Shown here: positions 63,789 to 64,000 of the stretch, piece after piece | How positions within the stretch are numbered: position 1 is the stretch's first letter | Layout of the letters: each line of letters begins with the position of its first letter | NCBI RefSeq assembly: GCF_006345805.1 | Contig: NC_043002.1 | Coordinates: 15,066,001-15,130,000 of the forward strand | DNA from: Octopus sinensis | Taxonomy: Eukaryota | DNA: 64,000 nt | Direction: 5' to 3' | Program-made: the position numbers and the translations under genes | Notes under the pieces: model-generated | Database searches by the model: none | Told to the model about the DNA's origin: nothing | Seen by the model: only the letters and a program-made list of their open reading frames with translations

Positions 63789-64000
63789 AATATATATATA
63801 TGTGTGTGTGTGCGTGCCTGTGTGTATGTGTGTGTGCGTGTGTGTGTATGTGTGTGTGTGTGTGTGCGTGCAAGGTGTGTGTGTGTGTTCTAATTGTTTT
63901 AATCCTCTTCAGTAGCCATTCTTACTCGACTGTCCTTTCATAAAGGCGGCAGTTCGACACTGCAGCCCTCTTTTGATTTTCTTTCTGTAATATAGGTTCA

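Overview
Strongly AT-rich animal genomic DNA with no supportable host protein-coding gene, tRNA, rRNA or CRISPR array. It is a repeat-dense intergenic or intronic block. The SINE, microsatellite and mariner mix resembles octopus (coleoid cephalopod) DNA, but this species call is inference. It contains many (TA)n/(CA)n/(GATA)n/trinucleotide microsatellites and about 25 copies or fragments of four tRNA-derived SINE families, labelled A-D here. There is one decayed CR1-type LINE (APE+RT, 30.7-33.6 kb), one Penelope-like (PLE) GIY-YIG remnant, four mariner fossils, two Helitron-like non-autonomous elements and several MITE-like inverted repeats. The most striking signal is a collection of small type I hammerhead ribozyme (HHR) motifs that fold by eye: at least five distinct intact-looking designs plus several decayed or half copies. 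Each design has its own palindromic helix III, and four sit in fold-back duplications that always point the ribozymes outward. One family has a non-canonical GUGAACA core, the compensatory G3:C8 swap of the C3-G8 tertiary pair. Another forms a young retrozyme-like unit of 597 nt between two cleavage sites. All folding and alignment was done by eye and no activity has been tested.
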